Program-made: the position numbers and the translations under genes | Notes under the pieces: generated by a model | Databases searched by the model: none | Told to the model about the DNA's origin: nothing | What the model saw: the letters and a program-made list of their open reading frames with translations, nothing else | Part shown: positions 14,644-26,284 of the stretch, one piece after another | How the letters are laid out: the number at the start of each line of letters is the position of its first letter | Position numbering within the stretch: position 1 is the first letter of the stretch | Assembly: GCA_951406725.2 (NCBI GenBank) | Contig: OX597815.1 | Coordinates: 19,778,001-19,842,000, forward strand | Direction: 5' to 3' | DNA from: Octopus vulgaris | Taxonomy: Eukaryota | Length of the DNA stretch: 64,000 nucleotides

Positions 14644-14844
14644 CTCTTTTACTCTTTTACTCTTTTACTTGTTTCAGTCATTTGACTGCGGCCTTTAGTC
14701 GAGAAAATCGACCCCGGGACTTATTCTTTGTAAGCCCAGTACTTATTCTATCGGTCTTTTTTGCCGAACCGCTAAGTGACGGGGACGTAAACACACCAGC
14801 ATCGGTTGTCAAGCAATGCTAGGGGGACAAACACAGACACACAA

Positions 14845-14922
<78 letters not shown>

Positions 14923-15074
14923 GACAGGCTTCTTTCAGTTTCCGTCTACCAAATCCACTCACAAGGCATTGGTCGGCCCGGGGCCATAGCAGAAGACACT
15001 TGCCCAAGTGGGACTGAACCCGGAACCATGTGGTTGGTTAGCAAGCTACTTACCACACAGCCACTCCTGCGCCT
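14644..15074 (-). mobile_element. SINE family B, near full length, with internal (CA)n(TA)n
   Basis: Minus: aggcgcaggagtggctgtgtggtaag (A box), ggttcagtccc (B box), CORE-like ttgggcaagtgtcttctgct, internal microsatellite, (AGTAAAAG)n tail. Confidence 0.9.
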
Positions 15075-15555
15075 ATTCAACAGTCTATCAGTTGATATCA
15101 CAATGATGTGTTCAACAGCCTGTAATAACGTTTATTATTATCATGTGTGAATTGACTCATTTCATTAACAATAGCGACCACACAACTCGTAACAGTATCA
15201 AAGTTATTATTATTACAACATGGCCGCTGTCACTGAATCTCGAAAGAGTTACCGATGGAGATTGTCTCACAGACTAAACCAGTTGCCAGACATCTCAGTT
15301 TAATTAAAGAATGAATTTACTCGGACATCTCCTACAGCGTAATTATCATTCCATTAAAAGAGATTCAGTTGCTTAGTGGCTACGTGAGGTGCGGGTTGTA
15401 AGTCGGCGTGGCATAATTGAAATTGCTGACGTAACATGCTGGTACAGCTGTACTTTAGTCCAAACATGTCTCACGTGTACGTATTTGTGTTTATGTGTGT
15501 GGCTAGTCATCGGATGGCAAACTAGCATAAAATTTAAAATTAAATAACATACGGC

Positions 15556-15982
15556 GGACTTTTTCCGTTTGAACGGCAGTTTTTAACATAATTTCTAGGT
15601 AACTAAAAAAATTTAAACTTCGTATACTGGTAGAATGTGTTTATAAAACATCTTTTTCTCTTGGCTTTATTGAGAAAATTCTATAGTTTGTAAGATATTT
15701 GTTGTTTTTTCCTTCAATTTCTGCAATTTCAACCAATCAAATACATCTATTGAGGTAAAAAAAACATTCTGTGCCGCATGAATATGTCCCTCGTTTAAGA
15801 AACAGATTGGGTTTATTTACATTTGCGAAGAAAAAAAGATACCCTCACCCCCTAACCCTAACCCTAACTAACTCTAACCCTAAAACAGATTGAAATGCAA
15901 TATATCGATACTAGGGACATAATTATGGGTGACAATTTCATGACACCGCTAGTAAAAACTGCCGTTCAAACCGAAAAGATCC
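15556..15982. mobile_element. non-autonomous DNA transposon (MITE), 29-bp TIRs, 8-bp TSD, possibly Merlin-like; internal (CCCTAA)n
   Basis: Left ggactttttccgtttgaacggcagttttt and right aaaaactgccgttcaaaccgaaaagatcc; TSD catacggc at 15548-15555 and 15983-15990. Confidence 0.9.
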
Positions 15983-16389
15983 CATACGGCCTCTCAAGCA
16001 GTGGTAACTTTAACACATTATACATACTACTACAGTATTACTCATCATATAACAGGTAACTTTGGAAGTATAATTTTACCATTTGAGGTAATATCAGGAA
16101 ATATGACATGCATATAATAAATATGATTTAACTTTTATCAAAATTCTTGCAGCTTATACGACGTAACGAGCTGAAAAACTAATTTTCAAAAAAATATAAA
16201 AGAAGAAATACATTAATTCAAAATAAAATTAAACAAAACATATTTCTAATTTCCATATATTTAATAACTATATGTTATTGTTTTTCTAAGTTTTATCAAT
16301 ATAATCGTAATCTATTCCATCGAAAACCTATCTCTGCAAAATGTCAATAAGTATATGTATACATATATATATGTATGTATGTATGTATG

Positions 16390-16423
<34 letters not shown>

Positions 16424-16747
16424 TATATATATATATATAGGTAGGTATGTATGTGGGCAGGTAGGTAGGTAGGTAGGTAGGTAGGTAGGTATGTAGGTAG
16501 GTAGGTAGGTAGGAAGGTAGTTAGATAGGCATGTAGGTAGGAAGATTGGAAGGTAAGCAGGTAGGAGGTAGGTTAGTAGATGGGGAAGAAGAGATGTAGG
16601 TATGTGTGTAGGTGTGTATATAAGTATATATGTAAGCATTCATAAATATGGGTATACATGGGTATACGCACGCACATATATACATACATGCCTACATACA
16701 CACCCACACACACACACACACACGCACACGCATATATAATCGGGCGG

Positions 16748-16965
16748 GGTAGCGAACTGGCAGAAACGTTAGCACGTCGGGCGAAATGCTTAGCAGTATC
16801 TCGTCTGTCTTTACGTTCTCAGTTCAAAGTCCGCCGAGGTCGACTTTGCCTTTCATCCTTTCGGGGTCGATAAATTAAGTACCAGTTGCGTACTGGGGTT
16901 GATCTAATCGATTGGCCCCCTTATCCAAAATTTCAGGCCTTGTGCCTAGAATAGAAAAGATTATT
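16748..16965 (+). mobile_element. SINE family A monomer
   Basis: Head, B box, central domain and ...ggccttgtgcctagaatagaaaagattatt tail. Confidence 0.9.
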
Positions 16966-17486
16966 TTACATCGAGCAAATTCTGGTTTGGAAGCCTCAAT
17001 AATATTGGAAACTTAATATGTATATGCATACATACACACAGTGATATACCTGTGTGTGTAGGTAGAAGTGTGTTCGTGTGCCTGAGTATATGCGTGTTTG
17101 TTTTTGTATGTGGGTGAGGTGATACATTTCCAAGATTATGGAGGGGTTAGCGCTAACTAAATATTGCTCGAACTTTGAAACTAAAAAAATCAATTGCGGC
17201 TGCACACGAACACAGACACGCGTGCGCGATAAAGTGTTTTGTATGTCAAATTAGCCCTGTGACTGATGTCTTACTTGTAATAAATCATAAATAATCATAC
17301 CTACTGAAATAAGATGTTTTCCAGACAACATTTTAAATTTGTAATTAGTGCTATCTCTGTGAACATTTCACATTACAGACACCAAATAATTCTTAGTAAC
17401 AAATATATTAGGAGGCTTATGGGTTTTTGGACAAACCGACATCAGATATAGGGTCTTCTGGAAAACAGTACGAAGGGAATATGGTA

Positions 17487-17518
<32 letters not shown>

Positions 17519-17520
<2 letters not shown>

Positions 17521-17778
17521 CGGAGATGTACTTGCATAGCAAATGACCTGATCTGAGATCGTGTGCTGAAACAAAAACAATTGCAGCGTGGAAGGTGTTT
17601 ATAAGTCATTTAAAAAAACACACAGAAAAAATTAAACCGTTAGATTCACTGCAACATTTAAATTTAATTTGCCAAAATATTTTCGTCGCTTTGAGACCGC
17701 GACCTGTGAATATAACGGTTATAATTTTTTTGTGTATGTTTTTAAATGGTTTATAAACACCTTCCACGCTGCAATTGT
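17519..17778. mobile_element. Penelope-like fragment with ~72-bp inverted duplication
   Basis: Arms 17577-17649 and 17706-17778 are reverse complements; the spacer has a hammerhead-like stem II + GAAA on the minus strand; flanked by (TA)n. Confidence 0.55.
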
Positions 17779-17782
17779 ATAC

Positions 17783-17823
<41 letters not shown>

Positions 17824-18002
17824 GGAAGGTACGAAGAGTATTCCTAATGTGCCGTTCCATCCGAGCTTGACTCTATCTACATTCTTTTGTAGTCATATAT
17901 AAGATCGAAATCGAAATTCTCTTACTTTAGAAAATTCTAGTGTTACATTGCTTTTAATGGCCGATTATGCTCTACTTTATCCTTGTCATTGGATTATATA
18001 CA

Positions 18003-18042
<40 letters not shown>

Positions 18043-18266
18043 CGCGCGCTATATGTCGCAGATGCTCTTTGATGCATCATCAGTGATGTTTCTGGGGTCT
18101 TTCACCATGAGACCATCTCACCCAGTGGACCCAGTCGGAGTTAATCACATCTCAACTTGCATCCCAGTGGCAGTAAACCATTGAACTGCCCTCTTTATCC
18201 AAATCGTTTGGGTATCTGTCGTGTGCGAATAGATAATTTAATTTTTTTCAAGTATATACATATATA

Positions 18267-18788
18267 CAAGGTGGCCCAAAATTAAGTTTACAGTTATGTC
18301 ATAGGCACTTTGAATTTCTTTTAAAGTATTTTATTACATTTAAATTTCTACCTTGCAATTAACTAAATTAGCATAGAATAATGGTTTCATACTTTTTTAC
18401 AATTAAGATCTAAACTACTTCGTTTTTGGATTTGGTTTACAAGATTCTTTATATGAGTTTGTGTGTTGAAACATATACTGCTAGGTCTGGGGAGAGTCAT
18501 TTTCTTTTCGTGCCTTATAATGTAACACACTCGCCGGTAAAATTTTCACTTATTTCTTATTTTCATTTTCCTAAAATAGTTTTGACTATTGAAAAGGTTG
18601 CAAGACGCAACGAAAATTTTAGGAAAATAAACATAAGAAATAAGTGGAAATTTTTTACCGGTGAGTGTGTTACATTATAAGGCACAAAAAGAAAATGACT
18701 CTCCCCAGTCACAACAGATCTAAACTGTTAATATATGAATGCGAAAGAGATAGTTGAATAACTGTAAAACTACTTTTGTGCCACTCTG
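18267..18788. mobile_element. Tc1/mariner-type MITE (TA TSD) containing a nested insertion
   Basis: TA|caaggtggcccaaaattaagtttacagttat ... ataactgtaaaactacttttgtgccactctg|TA imperfect ~31-bp TIRs. Confidence 0.75.
18417..18715. mobile_element. nested fold-back (Penelope-like) insertion
   Basis: ~90-bp inverted arms 18487-18577 and ~18614-18708; 11-bp direct repeat agatctaaact at 18406-18416 and 18716-18726; hammerhead-like motif in the spacer. Confidence 0.65.
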
Positions 18789-19079
18789 TATATATATATA
18801 TTCAAATACATCTACATATGCATATATTGCATATACTTTGCCTTGCTCTATTTAGATTCGATCTTGAAATTTATAAGTTTCCCAAACTGTTGCAAGAACT
18901 CCCCTATCAACCTCAAACCAAAACAATTTTCTTTTTTTTTTTTTCTTTTCTATACCGATATCATCCTCATCCTTTAAAAACGATATAATATAAAACAAGT
19001 AATATGTCTCCCAAAATATAAAATCAGTTACAAGTGTAAAGTATCAGTTATTGCACAGTTGGCTACTGTAACTAATTTG

Positions 19080-19240
19080 ATTCTCGTAGTTTGGTTTTAA
19101 ATTAGACTCAATACTAGAAAATCGGGGGCGATGGGGGTAATTTAATTAACTTAACTTCAGTACTGCACTGGTACTTTATTTTATTGGCACCGGTTAGATG
19201 AAAATAAAGTTGACTTTGACAGGAATTGAAATCAGAGCGA
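19080..19240 (-). mobile_element. degenerate SINE family A
   Basis: ctggtactttattttattggcaccggttagatgaaaataaagttgac. Confidence 0.6.
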
Positions 19241-19537
19241 ACTTACTAAAAGCCACACATTTTGTTTCTTCATCATAATATGATTTACTGTTTATATATA
19301 TATATTTTAAATTATTGTTGTCTCTGCTTTTTAGTTTGGTGAAATATTTGATTAAGAATTTAATGAAATAATCCTGATTCTTTTAAATGCTACGTCGGAC
19401 CCAGAACAAATAATCTGAAAGCAATCAACAAAATATAAGAAACCTACAAAAAAGATATTATTTAGGGATATAGAACGCCATGTATAAAATAATTTTGCAT
19501 ATACAATAGCTAAATATGTTTGACCCATGATATAAAT

Positions 19538-19579
<42 letters not shown>

Positions 19580-20675
19580 TCAATATAACTCAAAAGGGAG
19601 AAATATACCCAAATGTGAAGAAAGTGATTCTCCTCTCAAAAGCACAGTCAAAACATTCTCTGGTATACGCTTTCACTTTTGAAGATGAGAAACAAAATTG
19701 TGTTCTCTGGACACAGCCATTGTATAAATAAATAATTACATCACCTTTCTCTATAAAACTACTTGACGCTGTCTACATAGAGAAATTTATGTCTCTACAA
19801 CTAAATAAATTAGTACAAACTAAAGGTAATCAACAAATGTAAGCAAGTCTACTAAATGTAATCAGCAACAATAATTGTTGTTATTGTCTTCAGCAAGCTT
19901 TTCCCCTCCATTTTTAAGGATTATTATAATCCTAACAACGCTTATATGATTTCCTTTCACTCTATTCCATTGGCTGTCTTGCTCGATTGCATTCAACAGC
20001 TCAACTAGCACAGCCATATTGACAGCACTTACCAGTATGAGTCAGTTAAAATGAATGTGTACAGTTTCGACTTCTTGTTTAATGGCAAATCTACAGAGTT
20101 GTTAATGCCTCGGCTCTCTATACAATCCATCACCATAAGTTGCCTTAACAAGTTAACAACATGTCATAAAAATCAATTTGATACGATCATTTGTTCCGTT
20201 GGTACTACTTAACTAACAAATAACTATATTTACACGACAAGATAAATTATAATTTTTAAATTACTATTAGAACTATATCGTACTAGCTAGTATTATTTTC
20301 ACAAGAGTTCATCGTTCGATAACTCATCACAATACTAACTTCAAACAACGAGCAGTTTTACGCTGAGATAATTTTTTATGCTAAAATCATCTCTTATAGA
20401 TACAAATATTGCCTTTACCACATAAAAGTTTGTTTCTGTTTATCCTTTTGTCAATTCCATTTATGTATTTAATTTCTCAATTGTTCTTTTCAGAGATTGA
20501 AAGATTTATATTTACACGATTGTGAATGTTTATGTGTAGTATATGTGCCATTCTACAATGAACTGATGTATATGTATTTACATGTATGTGTATATATATT
20601 TAAGCAACGCATAAACGTTGTGTGTATATGTGTGTATGTGTGTGTGTGTGTGCGTGTGTGTGTAATGAAAATGTA

Positions 20676-20845
20676 GGGCGGACATAGGCATTGCAGGCTG
20701 GCTAACGGTTCACTTCATGATGATAAGGTCCGAATTTCGATACCAATGCATGGCTTCTTGGACAAGTGTTTCACCATACACTTCGATTGATCCGTGCATT
20801 GTGAGTAAAACTAAGATGGAAACTGTGCGGAAGCTTGTCGGGTGT
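20676..20845 (+). mobile_element. degenerate SINE family B 5' half
   Basis: ttggacaagtgtttcaccata...ttgtgagt...gatggaaactgtgcggaagc. Confidence 0.55.
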
Positions 20846-21163
20846 AATTTAGAAATTCCAGTTTTGCTGCATATGCTGCCAAGCTTCCTCGGTTTGAGGA
20901 TTTATTTTAAAGTGCTCGTAGTAGAATACTCCGTCACATGTAACTTAATGTAACAAGTTGAGCGCTCAGTTCATCGAACAAATGAATGCTCATCGTCGAA
21001 GCGTATATATATATATATATAGATTTATATACGTTCATATACTTGCCTTTGCTAAACGTTTCAGACTGCGTGGGAACACACGATATGTTATATATCTGCC
21101 AATTTGATGTGTCTAAAAGTATGAAACTATTGGTAACTGTTTTGTAATTGTGCATATATATAC

Positions 21164-21288
21164 ATGAAACTAAATATATGTCCGGTCATGGAGTGACCAT
21201 GGCGAATGGTTTCGTATGCATAAAGCGATTAACTTTATAGATGCGAAGCCATTGCTTACTCTATGATCGGACATATATTTAAATTCAT
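21164..21288 (+). ncRNA. long hairpin, candidate structured RNA or pre-miRNA
   Basis: 26-bp lower stem, 13-bp and 6-bp upper stems, 7-nt loop; 5 G.U wobbles, all on the + strand. Confidence 0.45.
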
Positions 21289-21611
21289 ATGAATACATTA
21301 CTGCTCAAACTTTTCGAGTTTGCTTCTTTTCCGGTTATATAATCAACTGACGATATTTGTGTGTGTGTATACATACACATGTATGTATACAAATGTATAA
21401 GAAAATGAGATGACAACGGAATAAGGGATTTTTATATATATATATGATGGAGAATCCTGTCGAAGATGACGTATGAGCGTTCTGTAAAAAGATACTAAAA
21501 CCCACACTAGGAGTCAAGTAATAGCAACAGAAAGAGAAAATCTGCACCCGCAGGAAAATAATACTGACTCACAATTGGACAACAATGCACTGATATTAGT
21601 GTTGTTATATT

Positions 21612-21836
21612 AAGGTGGCCGGTTGGCAGAATCGTTAGCACGCCGAACCAATAAGCTTAGCGGTATTTCGTCTGTCTCTATCATCTGAGTTCAAATTCAG
21701 CAGAGGTTGGTTTTGCCTTCCATCCTTTCGAGGGGTTGACACTATAAGTACCAGTTAAGTACTTGGATCGATGTAATCGTCTAGCCCCCTCTCACCAAAT
21801 ATTTCTTGCTTTGTGCCTATACTAGAAAGGATTATT
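21612..21836 (+). mobile_element. SINE family A monomer
   Basis: ggttggcagaatcgttagcacgccg...gagttcaaattc...tagaaaggattatt. Confidence 0.88.
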
Positions 21837-22387
21837 AACCGATATTTATAATTTGTTTATTTCATTTGATGACACGTCGTGTGAGTCTTCAGGCCACCAA
21901 TTCATTTGCAGAGATGACTACAAACACCACACAACAAAATTACATCATTTAGGACATGATGGATAAGAGTATGGTTTATTAAACCAACACACACACATAA
22001 ACACACATGTGTATGTATGCGTGTATGTGTGCGCACGTTTGTGTGTCTAAATATGTCAGAAAAATACAAATATGATGCAATAAAACTAATTTTACATAAT
22101 AGGCTATCCACTTCATTGATATTCAGTTTCTCAACGTGATCTTTCCTTCGGACAACAGGTTCATACGAACTCTGAGTATCGATGTATCATCAACCTAGAA
22201 CATTTATTTATGAGTGTTTCTGTGTTTGTACGTATGTGTATCCATATATGTTGTTTGACCCTGTTTTACAGTAGAACAATATAAAATTGCCTAATAAAGG
22301 TGTTGTACATATATATATATATGCACAACACATACATACAAACAAAGGCTGTTTGCACGAAATTTTGCGAAATTTTGCGTGTACCTC

Positions 22388-22440
<53 letters not shown>

Positions 22441-23834
22441 TGTATGTATGTATGTATGTATGTATGTATGTATTTGTGTGTGTATGCGTGTAACCATGCA
22501 CAAATAGATGTGGCTATTGGTGTATTGGTGTATATATACCAAATATATTTGAATTTGTAAAGAATGATCATCGCTTGTATTTCAGTTGGATGTTTCTTCA
22601 GTACCACACACCAAGACTGCCCTGAATTTTATCCATCCATACGCACAACTTTCACTTTCATTTTTACTTCTTTAATGAACAAACATGCTTAATAAGATCG
22701 ATACATTGATTTTTAAAATCTGCATCATTTCTTTCCAAATTCGGTGTATTGAATTCTCATAATTACTGCCTGTCAATAGAACTTTTTTTTTCTGTATATG
22801 TTTGTGTGTGCTTGTTGTATATGTGTGTGCACGTTTGTGTATGAGTGAATGTGGATGAGCGCTGTATCTTTTGGGTATCTCGCTATCTTTTCAGCTCAAG
22901 TTATCTATTGCGAACGTGTATCTATCTTCATCTCCTAAGTCTACACTCCTAACTCGCATCATTTGCTCCGCTGCTCTTCGTGTTCTCACATTGAAGTATC
23001 TCCCTAATAACAAGCTCGCAGCATTTTGCTCTCTTTTATTGCTTTAATAATCAAATTCCAAAAACTAGCAGTACAGATGAGATTCGTGTGTGCGTGCGTG
23101 TGTGTGTGTGTGCGTGTGCGTGTGTGTGTGTGTGTGTATGTGTGTGTGTGTGTGTGTGTGTACGTACATATTGTATTATATCATATTATATTATCAGCAA
23201 TACCCACCAACTGACCCTAATTGAAATTATCAAACGGACCAAACAGAAGGCGACTATTATTAGCAAAAATTTAATTAAATCATAATCCAGCTGGTTCTTT
23301 TCTTACTTCTGCTCTTTTTTTTTTTTGTATGTGTTCTTGGTAGCTCTTACTATTTTACATTTATTTTCTTCATTTTGTTTTTTTGTTCTTTAATCTTCGC
23401 CCTTTTTGACTTTTCGTGAACTATTCTTATCAACAACTTATCTTGACTTTCAATCGTTAATTCTTCTCTTTTAAAATTCTTCCATTGTAAACAAGACGCT
23501 ATGAGAAGAAAAAAACAACAAAGCTTTTTTACAATTTCATTTTATTCGAACACGACTTTAGGATTTTATTAACAATTAAGTTTTCTATCTATTGCGGACT
23601 TTGTCTATGGATTTCTTTGACCTCTACAACTCAGGGGGCGACACTATTACAGGATCTTCTAGAAGTTTTTAATCTCTCCAAATTACATATTAGCAATTGT
23701 TAAAAAGACTTTACAGTAATTATCATTGTATGTCCAGGATTTGTTTGAAGCTCCTTTGGCTCTCGATGGTCAATAAGTTTAGGATCTATGTTTGATGTAC
23801 TTGACTATATTCTCCTCAGAGAAGATTGAAATTA

Positions 23835-24030
23835 GTTGTTGTTTAGCCCAGGGTCTAACCTAATCAAACAAACCTATGATCAAAGACATTCCAGCCGTAA
23901 TTATCCCGTGTTTCTGTTTCAGATAGAGAGTATTTAAGAGAACATTGCTAATGTATATTTATCATGGTATGATCTAAAAGAGGTTTAGCTTGAATTTTTA
24001 TCGTCTAAGCAACCAGATAGACGCTTCCTT
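23835..24030 (-). mobile_element. old interspersed repeat family E (SINE-like, (AAC)n tail)
   Basis: Minus ...ggctggaatgtctttgatcataggtttg...ctgggctaaacaacaac; related diverged copies near 37310, 37690, 42260, 47230, 55530 and 60650. Confidence 0.6.
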
Positions 24031-24960
24031 GTGGTGTAATCGGTAAGATGGTCACTCGAGAGAAATCAGTAGTTGGTCGGAGATTTAATGAACTAGTAAA
24101 TTCTTAGCGTGTTAATCTGAAGCGTGGGTACATCAACAGCTGATTTAACTTTTAATTAGAGGCTAAATGACTCCTGCATACTTCATAAATTCGTTGGTAG
24201 TTTTTAAAACACAATAGTATTCAACCCCTTATCTTAGTATAAAATCCCTTATTGACAATGCATTCTCTTGGGAGAGATGGAAGATTCGGTAAAGCATCAG
24301 ATCATTTATTTTTCATTTATTTATTTGTAATTTATCTTTACACTCTGAGTTCAAAGCCTTTCGAGGTCGATAAAATAAATAACGTACGTGGGCTACGTTA
24401 AAAATCAATATTATTCTCGAAAAATATTTTCGGCAAAGTTGGGAAGCTTTATGGTGGTTTCAGGTTGGTTAAATGAATACCAGTCACATATTGAGTTACA
24501 TTTTCGATGCTTGTTTCCAATAAAGTCCAGACAATTTTATTGTAGTTATATAGACAATTTTATTAATGCTAAAATACAAACGAATTTTAAAACAACTTCC
24601 CAGTAATGTTGTATGGCAGCCAAGGCAGTTGCCTTGACTCTAGATTAAGAAGTTCAGATAATGATAATCTAAAAAGTAAACACACAAAAACAAAAATAAG
24701 TAAGAAAACATGTAAATCGGAAATAATATGAAAAAGAACAATAATGAAGTTATCATGTACAAGGAAGATATATAAATGTTTTTACCATAATACAAAATAG
24801 CTGAAACAATACAATAAAATCGAATGTTTGTCCACTCTAGAGGTGCAGCTTTTTATTCAGTCAGCCAACAAGGAAGATTTTTAACTATGCCAACTTGACA
24901 GTTATTGATGGAGATTAAAATAAATGTCGGATCACATTGGTAATTGAATTTCAAAAAGCA

Positions 24961-25019
<59 letters not shown>

Positions 25020-25142
25020 TAATCTCCAATAAAACACAAGTAAAAGACCAATAAACACTAATAAAAGCTAATCCAAAATATAGTTCATCATCATGGATTG
25101 TGTATTAGATTTCAATATGCAGGGCAGTGCCAGACATGTTGG

Positions 25143-25590
25143 CCTAGCTTTGGTAACAGTCCAAGATAAGATCTAATTTTTGCAATGCTTCGTAAAGCTT
25201 TGTAAACAGTATCCAGTTAAGCTATATCGCGGGGAAACTGTCTCATGGGACTCAGCATTGGAAATAGTCTTCGATAAGAACAAACAATGCAAACAGTCAG
25301 AGATAAGACCTCGCCCTGGAAACTTTCTCAGTTAGAACCTAACTTCAGAAATAGTCTGAAATGATACCAACTTTTGAAGCTTCTCAGTTCTGTTCTGGCA
25401 CTAGAATCGCACAGATATAAAACCTAGTAAAAGATAAAACGTAACTTTGGAACAATTTCTTTAAAACCTGACCGTAGAAACACTTTCGAAGAAGACCTTG
25501 TATTGTAAACTGCTTTATATAAACTCTAGCTCTGAAAATAGACTCATATGAAACTTAACTTTAGAACTGTCCCAGAATTGCACCTAATAT
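25143..25590. repeat. degenerate ~29-bp minisatellite (about 15 units)
   Basis: ggaaatagtc, gcaaacagtc, ggaaactttc and agaaatagtc recur at about 25260, 25289, 25318 and 25347; consensus approx cctaactttggaaacagtctcagataaga. Confidence 0.7.
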
Positions 25591-26142
25591 TGCCATATTC
25601 TAATATAGTCTTTATTATGTTAACAATACAAAAGCAAGTTTTATGGAAACTGTGCGTCAGCAGTCCGTCAGATGAACACCTAGAGAAGAAAAATCTCAAT
25701 ACATTAGCATAAAATAGAGGATATATGTTCTATTTTCACTTTGAATAGAAGCCACACAGCGGTTTCAGTGTGTCAAATCACACAACTCCAACAGGAGTGT
25801 GTTTAACCGATCTTTATCGGCAAACAATTAAAAACATAGGCAAGAAAATCGAAACATCGATCCTTCTAGAACGAAATTCTTCGCAGTATTCTTTCTGCAC
25901 CAAGTTACCAGTTGGAAGCCTCAAACAACAAATTCTATTGTTTTCCAATTACGATAAAATTAAATTAAAATAAAGTACATTGAATTCCGATTCGCTCTAC
26001 TACTCTGAATCGCAAAACATAAAAAGAAACATTCATGTTATACAGGAACGCCATTCACCAACACAGGGAATTCCTCAACCTCTAATTACTCAAACTACTT
26101 TTATCTAAGTAACAGTAAATTCTAAATATCAACACACACGCA

Positions 26143-26179
<37 letters not shown>

Positions 26180-26222
26180 GAACACACACACATACACACA
26201 CACATACACACAAACATGTATG

Positions 26223-26284
<62 letters not shown>

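Noticed and set aside
15851-15883. Telomere or chromosome fusion site
   Set aside because: Only about 5 imperfect units, lying inside a TIR/TSD-bounded element
20030-20136. Minus-strand ATG-to-gtaagt segment MVMDCIESRG...
   Set aside because: 34 open codons with no other supporting minus-strand exons
22114-22184. 13-bp stem cattgatattcag/ctgagtatcgatg
   Set aside because: Short stem with a 45-nt loop; expected by chance in 64 kb of AT-rich DNA
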